From assembly GCA_030688705.1 (NCBI GenBank), contig JAUYJH010000121.1, forward strand, positions 1 to 42,728: a DNA stretch of 42,728 nucleotides. The letters run 5' to 3'. Shown here piece after piece: positions 13,769-24,308 of the stretch; within the stretch, counting starts at the first letter, position 1; each line of letters opens with the position of its first letter. Below the pieces are notes generated by a model. The model was given only the letters and a program-made list of their open reading frames with translations, was not told the DNA's origin and ran no database searches. The stretch comes from Deltaproteobacteria bacterium (GTDB lineage Bacteria > UBA10199 > SPLOWO2-01-44-7). Both the position numbers and the translations under genes were made by a program.

Positions 13769-14581
13769 TTACCCACCAGCCCTGCCGCCTTTAGCTTTGG
13801 GCGGGGGCGGTTTTCCTGTTGCCTTATCTATTTCTCTTTTTCTTCTTTGGTGATCTGCTTCTGCCTCATTTTTTGCCTTTAGCCTGTCTTCTTCTTGTTC
13901 GTCTTGTGACTTTTTCACTTTTTCATCAAAATCTGTGTCACGTTTCTCGGCATCTGCCCTCATTTTATCTTCTGCCTTTTTAGCTTGTTCTTGGATCTCT
14001 TGTTCACGTGCTTCCAGTTTTTTTTGTTCTGCTTGTGCGCGTGATTCCAAGTCTTTGCGGGCCTCTTGTGTTTCTGCATCTCCCCCTGCTGGAGAGGGAG
14101 GTGTATTTTTGGCTGTTTGCGCCGATTCTGTCCCCGATGTCGGCTGTCCTTGTCCATTTTGTTGTTTGGATGGATCGTTGAAAGGCCAAAATGAAATCGG
14201 CGGCCAAGAAGACCAATTGCGATAGTGCATCAAAAAGGGATCGGTCATTAACATTGTGTCGCCCCAGCCTAGCAGTGTGGCGCCGGCCGCGAATTGATCA
14301 TGCTGATAAAAATCGTCGCCCCAAAGATCAAGAGGGGACTGGGGGGACCATGGACTAAAAGCGCCACCGAACAGACCACTTCCGTAAAAACCGCGCCCAA
14401 CTCCGGGTGCGGCGGAGGGAAATAACGGAGCCTCATTAAAAGGATGAAATACGCCTTGCCCACCGAACACCTGCGGAGGAGGGACCATCATGGGGAAGCC
14501 AAAGCCCCCCATCCCCCCCAATCCAAATGGAGAGAAACCGTTTGTGGTGGCATCAACAATAGGACTCAAAAGAAAGGACAT
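13769..14581 (-). CDS. Low-complexity protein: aromatic/Gly/Pro-rich N-half, charged helical C-half
   Basis: 270 aa with no signal peptide. The N-half contains FGLGGMGGFGFPMMVPPPQVFGG, LFGGAFSPWSPQ and NWSSWPPISFWPF. The C-half contains ETQEARKDLESRAQAEQKKLEAREQEIQEQAKKAEDKMRADAEKRD...KPPPPKAKGGRAGG. It lies 18 nt upstream of, and co-oriented with, the large gene. Confidence 0.6.
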   Translation of the reverse strand: MSFLLSPIVDATTNGFSPFGLGGMGGFGFPMMVPPPQVFGGQGVFHPFNEAPLFPSAAPGVGRGFYGSGLFGGAFSPWSPQSPLDLWGDDFYQHDQFAAGATLLGWGDTMLMTDPFLMHYRNWSSWPPISFWPFNDPSKQQNGQGQPTSGTESAQTAKNTPPSPAGGDAETQEARKDLESRAQAEQKKLEAREQEIQEQAKKAEDKMRADAEKRDTDFDEKVKKSQDEQEEDRLKAKNEAEADHQRRKREIDKATGKPPPPKAKGGRAGG

Positions 14582-14653
14582 AGTAGTTTACCCATTAAAG
14601 TTATCGGCACTCCCTACCTCAAAGTTGCCTACAAACAACTTTTTTTTCCTTAA

Positions 14654-14710
14654 TCTCCCTCTCCCCAAGGTGGGAGAGGGAAATCCACCGAAGGTGGATG
14701 GGGTGAGGGG
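14654..14710. repeat. Family F G-rich palindromic element (long copy)
   Basis: CTCCCTCTCCCCAAGGTGGGAGAGGGAAATCCACCGAAGGTGGATGGGGTGAGGGG, located in the divergent intergenic region between gene 14581(-) and the MNT gene. Confidence 0.75.
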
Positions 14711-14788
14711 CCCTGTAAAGTGAATAACCTGGACTTTGTGTGCTGTTTTGTTGAAAACAACCCATTCTTTGTGAAAAATGATATTGCC

Positions 14789-14825
14789 AAATAACATATG
14801 TTATTTTAATATCACATATGTTATG
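14789..14825. promoter_or_regulatory. Putative operator pair for the wHTH-MNT protein
   Basis: Perfect 18-bp palindrome AAATAACATATGTTATTT (14789-14806). Its core 11-mer ACATATGTTAT is repeated 20 nt downstream (14814-14824), overlapping ATG 14823. Confidence 0.45.
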
Positions 14826-15476
14826 TATATTACAAACAACCTTGAGCGGCTTTTGGGAGATAAGGTAACCCTTCGTGTTTTTAAAATTCTCTCAAAGCAG
14901 AACATCGGCATAACGGGGCGCCAGTTGGCCATAATGGCCAAAACGTCGACTTTTAAAATAAGCCATGTTTTGAAAGATTTGGTGGCTCAAGGCCTCCTTT
15001 TCGAAGAGGTGGTAGGTAAGGCTCATCTTTATAAACTCAACGCCGGCCATATTTTTGTTCAAAAAGTGGTTGGCCCTCTTTTGGCATTTGAAAGAGGTCT
15101 TTTGCCTGATTTGGGTTCCAGGCTGGCCACGCAATTAAAACCGCAACCAATCTCCATCATTTTGTTCGGTTCTACGGCAAGAGGCGAGGAAACAGCCGCC
15201 AGCGATTTTGATTGCCTCCTTATTTATGCAGATCAAGATTCCCTGCCAACGGATGAATCCCTGTTTCGTTCCATGGCGGAAGATTTTGTTCATTATTACG
15301 GTAATTTTTTGAATATAAAGGTACTTCATTTGGGCGATTTCTTAAAAAGATTGCAATTAAAGGATCCTTTAATTATCAACATCGCCAAAGAAGGAAAAGC
15401 CATTTACGGCAAAACACTGGTGGAGATTATCACGGATGGTAAAACAAGTTCCGACAAAGAACGTTCAGAAATCTGA
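14823..15476 (+). CDS. Winged-HTH plus minimal nucleotidyltransferase (MNT antitoxin-type)
   Basis: wHTH-like LRVFKILSKQNIGITGRQLAIMAKTSTFKISHVLKDLVAQGLL, then the NTase motif ILFGSTARGEETAASDFDCLLIY. The ORF is open from ATG 14778, so the start is uncertain. Confidence 0.8.
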   Translation: MYITNNLERLLGDKVTLRVFKILSKQNIGITGRQLAIMAKTSTFKISHVLKDLVAQGLLFEEVVGKAHLYKLNAGHIFVQKVVGPLLAFERGLLPDLGSRLATQLKPQPISIILFGSTARGEETAASDFDCLLIYADQDSLPTDESLFRSMAEDFVHYYGNFLNIKVLHLGDFLKRLQLKDPLIINIAKEGKAIYGKTLVEIITDGKTSSDKERSEI

Positions 15477-15840
15477 ATACAAAGATTATCAATCCAAGGG
15501 AAAACAGTTTTTTGATGTCATGTTGGTGTGTCTGCAAGATGAAGAATGGGATGCCGTTCTGCTCAATGGCATTCATGCCTGTATCAGTTTTAATGATGCC
15601 ATCACCACTTTATATCTTGGAAAGAGGAGTGCCGGAAAATCGCATCAGGATTGCGCCCATCTTTTATTGCAGGCCCTTGCTTCTCCGGAGGCCAAAAGAA
15701 ATGCGGACCGGCTGATCGAAATTATCAATTTGAAAAATCTTGTTGAATATGAACCGCGGCGTTTTACACAAACGGCTGCCCACGACTTTTCTAAAAAAGT
15801 GGAGCGATTTGTTCACTGGGCCCAAACACTTTTAACCTGA
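15436..15840 (+). CDS. HEPN-domain protein (toxin partner of MNT)
   Basis: Helical protein with the Rx4-6H motif (GKRSAGKSHQD). It overlaps the MNT gene by 41 nt, which is the classic MNT-HEPN arrangement. Confidence 0.75.
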   Translation: MVKQVPTKNVQKSEYKDYQSKGKQFFDVMLVCLQDEEWDAVLLNGIHACISFNDAITTLYLGKRSAGKSHQDCAHLLLQALASPEAKRNADRLIEIINLKNLVEYEPRRFTQTAAHDFSKKVERFVHWAQTLLT

Positions 15841-15851
15841 CTGGAGGCATC

Positions 15852-17225
15852 ATGCAAAATTCGGTACTTGAATACATTGAGAAAAACCGCGAACGCCATT
15901 TGGAGGAGCTTAAAAATATCATTAAGATCCCCTCTATCTCAACCCAGCCCGATAAAAAACCGGCAGTTTTAAAAGCCGCTGATTTTGAACTGGCCCATTT
16001 CAAAGCGGTGGGGTTGGAGAATTGCCAGCTTTTAAAAACAACGGGGAATCCTCTGGTTTATGGCGATTGGCTCCATGCCGCTGATAAACCGACCATCCTT
16101 ATATACGGCCACTATGATGTTCAGCCCCCCGATCCTTTGGATCAGTGGAAATCGCCTCCGTTTGAGCCGACTATCCGCGACGGCAATCTCTACGCGCGCG
16201 GCGCCACCGATGACAAAGGGCAATATTCGACCTTTTTGTTTGCGATCGAGGCTTGGCTGAAAACGGCCGGCAAACTGCCCATCAACATCAAAATTGTTTT
16301 GGAGGGGGAAGAAGAGTGCGGCTCGACGGGCATTGCCAAATATGTTCCGGAGCACGCCGATTTTTTCAAATGCGATGCCATGATGGTGGCCGATATGCCG
16401 TGGCTCGATGAAAATCGTCCGGCCATTTCTTATTCTTTAAAGGGGCTTGTCTATTTTGAAATTGCGGTCAAGGGCTCGAGCCACGATCTCCATTCCGGTT
16501 TGTATGGCGGCATGGTGACCAATCCCTTGCAGGCTCTTTCCCAAATTTTGGCGAAATTAAAGGACAATAATGGAAAAATTTTGATTCCGAATTTTTATGA
16601 CGATGTCCTTCCGATGACGGCTGATGAAAAAAAAGAGATAGCGGGTCTTGATTTTGATGAAAAAACGACGGCGAAATATTTAGGCGTTAAAGAGTTGTTC
16701 AGCGAAAAAGATTTTTCGCCGTTGGAAGCCAACTGGACTCGTCCGACTTTGGATATTTGCGGCATGTGGGGCGGTTATACGGGTGTCGGCAGCAAGACGA
16801 TCATCCCCGCCGAGGCGCATGCCAAAGTAAGTATCCGCCTTGTTCCCAATCAGGACCCGCAAAAAGTGCAAAAGTCTTTTGGCGATTATGTCCGCTCTCT
16901 TTGTCCTCCGGGGGTTTCAGTTGCAGTGGACAATCACTCGGGCGGATGGCCGGTCCACATTGAAAGAGACAATGCCTTTTTGAAAGCGGCGGCTTCGGCC
17001 TATGAAAAGGGTTTCGGCAAAAAATTAGTTTTCAAAAGGGAAGGGGCCTCTATTCCTGTTGTGGCCACATTCAAATCAGTTTTGAAAGTGCCAATGATTT
17101 TGGTGGGGCTGGGATTGCCCGATGACGGCTATCACTCTCCCAACGAAAAAATCAATTTGAGCCATTTTTACGGCGGCATCAAAGGCGCCGCCTTGGCCTT
17201 TGAGGCGTTGGCAGAAACAAAATAG
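15852..17225 (+). CDS. M20-family dipeptidase
   Basis: YGHYDVQPPDPLDQWKSPPFEPTIRDGNLYARGATDDKG and EGEEECGS metal-ligand motifs. RBS GGAGG precedes the ATG. Confidence 0.9.
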   Translation: MQNSVLEYIEKNRERHLEELKNIIKIPSISTQPDKKPAVLKAADFELAHFKAVGLENCQLLKTTGNPLVYGDWLHAADKPTILIYGHYDVQPPDPLDQWKSPPFEPTIRDGNLYARGATDDKGQYSTFLFAIEAWLKTAGKLPINIKIVLEGEEECGSTGIAKYVPEHADFFKCDAMMVADMPWLDENRPAISYSLKGLVYFEIAVKGSSHDLHSGLYGGMVTNPLQALSQILAKLKDNNGKILIPNFYDDVLPMTADEKKEIAGLDFDEKTTAKYLGVKELFSEKDFSPLEANWTRPTLDICGMWGGYTGVGSKTIIPAEAHAKVSIRLVPNQDPQKVQKSFGDYVRSLCPPGVSVAVDNHSGGWPVHIERDNAFLKAAASAYEKGFGKKLVFKREGASIPVVATFKSVLKVPMILVGLGLPDDGYHSPNEKINLSHFYGGIKGAALAFEALAETK

Positions 17226-17305
17226 CGACGGTGGCGGAACGGTAGACGCGCTAGGCTTAGAACCTAGTGGGGAAACTCGTGGGGGTTCAAATCCCTCCCG
17301 TCGCA
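17225..17305 (+). tRNA. tRNA-Leu (anticodon UAG)
   Basis: Hand-folded cloverleaf:
- acceptor GCGACGG/CCGTCGC with discriminator A
- 3-bp D stem
- anticodon stem CTAGG/CCTAG with loop CTTAGAA
- 13-nt variable arm (class II)
- T arm GGGGG-TTCAAAT-CCCTC

No encoded CCA. The first base coincides with the last base of the dipeptidase stop codon. Confidence 0.9.
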
Positions 17306-17455
17306 CAAAATCAGAAGCAACTTATTTTTCCAAAAAGTTTTAAGGTTTTTTGAAGCAACTTTCACTATCTTTCCAACCGATAACTAAAACAGGGTCGTTC
17401 TTCCAAAATTCCCCTTGAACCGGAGCATTAATTATGTTCTTAAAGGAGCGTTTTT

Positions 17456-17971
17456 ATGAATGAAAACACACAAACCAGAAACGATGTCTCTTACATCTGG
17501 ACCCGGTTTAACCCCAAGTGGGCGTTGAGCGGTGTTTTGGCCGGTATTGGGGCGGGGCTTATTGCTATTGCCGTTGGTGCCTTTTTGTCGATGCATTATA
17601 TGTTCCGAGAGGCTGCCTATCCCTTCAAGCTGATCGGCGCCGTCTGGTTTGGCCCCTCCGCCCTTAACGCCGCCACATTTACACCCGGCGGTTTGGCGGG
17701 GCTGGCGACCCATCTTTCTCTTTCCGCCTTTTTCGGTTTTGTTTTTTCCCAGTTCGTCCCCGAATGGACCAAAAAAAGAATTTTAATCATTATGGGTGGC
17801 TTGGGGGGCCTGGCGGTTTGGCTTTTTTGGTCGACCATGTTTTTGCCCTCTTTCAATGAAACCATGGCCGATCTTTTGCCCAAACCGGTTTCGATTTTAC
17901 TCCACTTAACTTTTGGCCTCTCTTTCGGAGTACTGATCGTTGCTTTCAGAAAAGCGCTGGTTAAAAAATAA
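17456..17971 (+). CDS. Hypothetical integral membrane protein (about four TM helices)
   Basis: Hydrophobic segments WALSGVLAGIGAGLIAIAVGAFL, LAGLATHLSLSAFFGFVF, ILIIMGGLGGLAVWLFW and VSILLHLTFGLSFGVLIVAF. RBS AAGGAG is upstream. Confidence 0.55.
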   Translation: MNENTQTRNDVSYIWTRFNPKWALSGVLAGIGAGLIAIAVGAFLSMHYMFREAAYPFKLIGAVWFGPSALNAATFTPGGLAGLATHLSLSAFFGFVFSQFVPEWTKKRILIIMGGLGGLAVWLFWSTMFLPSFNETMADLLPKPVSILLHLTFGLSFGVLIVAFRKALVKK

Positions 17972-17972
17972 A

Positions 17973-19277
17973 ATGAAAACAACCGTTGAAGATGTGAGCG
18001 GAGTCAAAAAGCGCCTCAAGGTGGAAGTCGACCCCGATGTGGTGGCCGAGGCCCGCGTGCTTGCCATCAAGGAACTTCAAAAATCTGCCAAAGTAGAAGG
18101 CTTTCGCCCCGGCAAGGTTCCACAACAGATTATCGAACAGCGCTTCGCCCACGAGGTTCAGCACCAGATGATAGACAAAGTGGTTGATTTGACTTTGGCA
18201 GATGCCGTCCAGCAGACAAATCTCCGTCCCATCTCCAGACCCGAAATCGATCCGGGCCTTTCCACCGCCACCGGCGGTTTTTCCTATTCGGCCACCTTTG
18301 AGGTGTTGCCCGAAATTCCGGTCAAAGAAAAAGATTACAAAGGCCTGAAGCTCGAAAAAACCGAGGTGAAAGTAGAAAACGAAGAGATAGAAGCAGAACT
18401 GAAACGTCTGCAACAGGCCATGACCCAGCTGGAGCCTTTACCGACAGAGACAGTGCTGGCGCAAGGGCATGTCGCTACGATCGACTTCAAGGGTCTGATT
18501 GAGGGAAATGAATACAAAGAAGGCGAAGCGAAAGATTTTCTGGTGGAACTGGGGACCGGCGGCCTTTTGCCCGAGTTTGAAAAAGCGATCGCGGGTGCCA
18601 AAACGGGTGAGGAGCGCGAAGTCCGCTTCGATTATCCAAAAGATTATTTCAACAAAGATCTGGCCGGAAAAAAAGCGGAGTTCAAAATCAAGGTAAAAAA
18701 TATCCGCAAGAAAAACGTTCCCGCGCTGGATGACGAATTGGCAAAAGACTTGGGGGCGTTCAAAACACTCAAAGAGGTGAAAGAAGATTTATCCAAACGC
18801 ATCGGGGAGGCGAAAGAATCACAGGCCAAAGGGGTTCTTTTCAATGAAATTTTGAAACAGCTCGTCGACAAGGTGAAATTTGATATCCCGGAATCACTGG
18901 TCCATTCTGAATTGGGGAATATGCTTCAAGAATTGGCCGAAGAGATGAAAAAACGGGGGCAAAAAGTCGAGGATTTGAATCCCGAAGAGGTGATCAAACA
19001 CTATAAACCCGAGGCCGAATTTCGTGTGAGGGGCTTTTTAGTCTTGGACAAGGTGGCTCAAGATGCCAAAGTGGCTGTTTCCGATGGGGAAACTGAAGAG
19101 CGTCTTGTTGCCATTGCAAAGGGGATAAACCGTCCTTTTGAAGAAGTGAAGGCCCACTATGAAAAAAATAAATTAATTTCAAGTCTAAAAACACGCATTT
19201 TACATGAAAAAGCCCTTGAATTTGTCTTGAATGAGTCTAAAATCAAGGTCGTGAAGCCGAAAAAAGAGAAAAAATAA
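17973..19277 (+). CDS. tig: Trigger factor
   Basis: [19 protein letters not shown]...[16 protein letters not shown] (ribosome-binding motif region), an FKBP-like middle domain, and synteny tig-clpP-clpX-lon. Confidence 0.9.
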
Positions 19278-19294
19278 CAAAAAAGGGGTACTTT

Positions 19295-19930
19295 ATGAAC
19301 CTGATTCCGATGGTGATCGAGCAGACCGGAAAAGGGGAGCGCGCCTACGACATCTATTCCAGACTCCTTAAAGATCGTATTGTTTTTATCGGTTGTCCCA
19401 TAACCGATGAGGTGGCGAGCGTTATTATCGCCCAACTTTTGTTTCTGGAGTCGGAAGACGCCGAAAAAGAGATACACATCTACATCAACTCCCCCGGCGG
19501 GGTGGTGACCGCGGGTCTCGCCATTTACGACACCATGCGATACGTAAAACCTTCCATTTCCACCCTTTGCATGGGACAGGCGGCCTCTATGGGGGCGCTT
19601 CTTTTGGCGGCAGGCACTCCCGGAAGGCGTTTCGCGCTCCCCAATGCCCGCATCATGATCCACCAGCCTTTGGGCGGGTTTCAGGGGCAGGCGACCGATA
19701 TCGACATTCAGGCCAAAGAGATTTTGAGAATGCGCGAAAAGTTAAACGAAATTCTGGTCCATCACACCAACCAACCCTCCATTAAAATCCAAACCGACAC
19801 CGACCGCGATTTTTTCATGAGTGCCTTGGAAGCCAAGGCCTATGGTCTTGTCGATGATGTCTTGATCTATCGTCCTGAAAAGGAAAAACTGCAAAAACCG
19901 ATTCACGCGATAGGGGGGCCCAATGCCTAA
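19295..19930 (+). CDS. clpP: ATP-dependent Clp protease proteolytic subunit
   Basis: [30 protein letters not shown], catalytic GQAASMGA and IMIHQPLGG. Confidence 0.95.
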
Positions 19931-21179
19931 AAATCATCTGGAAGATCCCGCGAGCCTCAACTGTTCTTTTTGCGGCAAAAACCAGCGGGATGTGAGAAAA
20001 CTGATCGCCGGCCCCACGGTTTATATTTGCGATGAGTGCATTGAGCTTTGCAACGACATCATCGCCGAGGAAAACTCCCGCGCGAGACCGTTGGGGAGCC
20101 ATTTGGGCGTTCCCAAACCTTCCGAGATCAAGGCATTTCTGGATGAATATGTGATCGGGCAGGACTATGCCAAGCGGGTCTTGTCGGTTGCCGTCCACAA
20201 TCATTATAAAAGAATCGAAGCCAGAGCCCATGGCCGGGAAGATGTCGAACTTCAAAAAAGCAACATCATGCTGATCGGCCCCACGGGTGTCGGCAAAACC
20301 TTGCTGGCCCAGACGCTGGCCCGCATGCTCAATGTTCCTTTCACCATCGCCGATGCCACCTGCCTCACCGAGGCCGGTTATGTGGGGGAAGATGTCGAGA
20401 ACATTATTTTGAATCTTTTGCAGGCGTCCGATTACGACAAGGCCAAGTGCGAACGGGGCATTGTTTATATAGATGAGATCGACAAAATTTCGCGCAAGGC
20501 CGAAAACCCCTCCATCACCCGCGATGTTTCCGGCGAGGGGGTTCAGCAGGCCCTTCTCAAAATTTTGGAGGGGACGGTTGCCAATGTGCCGCCCAAGGGG
20601 GGGAGAAAACATCCCCAGCAGGAATACATTCCGATAGATACCTCCAACATTCTTTTTATCTGCGGCGGTACGTTTGTGGGTCTTGAAGACGTGGTGGAGA
20701 GGCGCTTGGGCCAAAAAAGAATGGGCTTTGGATCAGAACTCAAGACGAGAGGAGAGAAAAAACTCTCCGAAGTGCTGCGGGACATTGAAACCGAAGACCT
20801 GATCCGGTTCGGGCTGATACCGGAGTTTATCGGCAGATTGCCGGTGATCGCCACTTTAAACGAACTCGATGAGGCCGCGTTGGTCAAGATATTGACAGAG
20901 CCGAGAAATGCCCTCATTAAACAATATCAGCGGCTCTTTGAGTTCGAGAAAGTCAAACTTCAGTTCACTTCTGCCGGCATCGAGGCGCTGGCAAGAGAGG
21001 CGATCCGCAGAAAATCGGGTGCCAGAGGTTTGCGGGCGATTCTGGAAACTGTCATGCTGGACGTCATGTATGAGATTCCCTCCCAGGAAGGTGTCCGGGA
21101 AGTCGTTGTCGGTGAGGATGTCATTGTCAAACGCGCAAAACCGGTGATTATTTACGAAAAGAAGGCCCAGAGTGCGTGA
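19923..21179 (+). CDS. clpX: ATP-dependent Clp protease ATP-binding subunit ClpX
   Basis: Zinc finger CSFCGK...[10 protein letters not shown], Walker [12 protein letters not shown], Walker [10 protein letters not shown] and GARGLR. It overlaps clpP by 8 nt. Confidence 0.95.
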
Positions 21180-21181
21180 TT

Positions 21182-21236
21182 GTCATCCTGAACGGAGTGA
21201 AGGATCCCCTAGATTCTTCGCTCTGCTCAGAATGAC
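21182..21236. repeat. Family B palindromic element
   Basis: GTCATCCTGAACGGAGTGAAGGATCCCCTAGATTCTTCGCTCTGCTCAGAATGAC fills the clpX-lon intergenic region. Confidence 0.8.
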
Positions 21237-21255
21237 AACCTAACCAGGAGAAAAT

Positions 21256-23700
<2,445 letters not shown>

Positions 23701-23707
23701 GGTTTTT

Positions 23708-23896
23708 ATGCCCATCTTAAAACTCGACAAACACGATCCCCAAAAAGAGCTGGAGTTTGAGGTGAGGTGTGCGCTTCAACTTTCTATGGTGGATAGGATT
23801 CATAAGCTCCTTTTACTTTCAGAGAGGATTATGAGATTAGCCAAACGATATGCAACTCGAAGACCTTATCAAATTATTAAACGACCGGCACGCTGA
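23708..23896 (+). CDS. Small hypothetical protein upstream of the NTase paralogue
   Basis: 62 aa with GAGG 5 nt before the ATG. No motif recognised. It overlaps the next ORF by 47 nt, so it could be spurious. Confidence 0.35.
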   Translation: MPILKLDKHDPQKELEFEVRCALQLSMVDRIHKLLLLSERIMRLAKRYATRRPYQIIKRPAR

Positions 23897-24308
23897 ATAT
23901 CTAATCATTGGAGCCCATGCTCTTGCTGCTCATGGTTATACGAGGGCGACCAGTGATCTGGATATTCTTATTAATCCCGCGGAAGAAAATGTCACCAAGG
24001 TGCGTGCTGCGCTGGAAGCCTTTGGTTACGATACAACCGATGCCTCTCTTGAGGATTTTCAGACCAAGAAAATTCTTTTTCGCCAATATATCTACGATGT
24101 GGATATTCATCCATCAGCCAGCGGAGTTGAAACCGATTTAGCACTGAAAAACAAAATACAGGGTACATTTGAAGGAGTTTCCACACACTATGCTTCGTTG
24201 GATGACATGATTGAGATGAAAAAGGCAGCCGCCCGCGATGACGATTTGAAAGATCTAAAATATCTGGAAGAAATCAAGCGCCAACTTTCCCAGAAAAAGA
24301 AGAAGTGA
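23850..24308 (+). CDS. Minimal nucleotidyltransferase-fold protein, paralogue of 10064-10591
   Basis: IIGAHALAAHGYTRATSDLDILI (same G-x-x-R-x-T-x-D-x-D signature), DVDIHP, and C-terminal YASLDDMIEMKKAAARDDDLKDLKYL matching the equivalent segment of the first copy. Confidence 0.6.
   Translation: MQLEDLIKLLNDRHAEYLIIGAHALAAHGYTRATSDLDILINPAEENVTKVRAALEAFGYDTTDASLEDFQTKKILFRQYIYDVDIHPSASGVETDLALKNKIQGTFEGVSTHYASLDDMIEMKKAAARDDDLKDLKYLEEIKRQLSQKKKK

Noticed and set aside
17225-17455. tRNA-Leu considered as an integration site for the accessory island, and the short direct repeat GAAGCAACTT (17313 and 17352) downstream of it
   Set aside because: There is no integrase and no duplicated copy of the tRNA 3' end. 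The island is separated from the tRNA by an intact dipeptidase gene. The 10-nt repeat is too short to interpret.
19815-20714. 299-aa ORF on the minus strand
   Set aside because: It lies entirely antisense to clpX, whose identity is unambiguous. Its sequence is low-complexity (Gly/Arg/Phe-rich) and typical of a shadow ORF.
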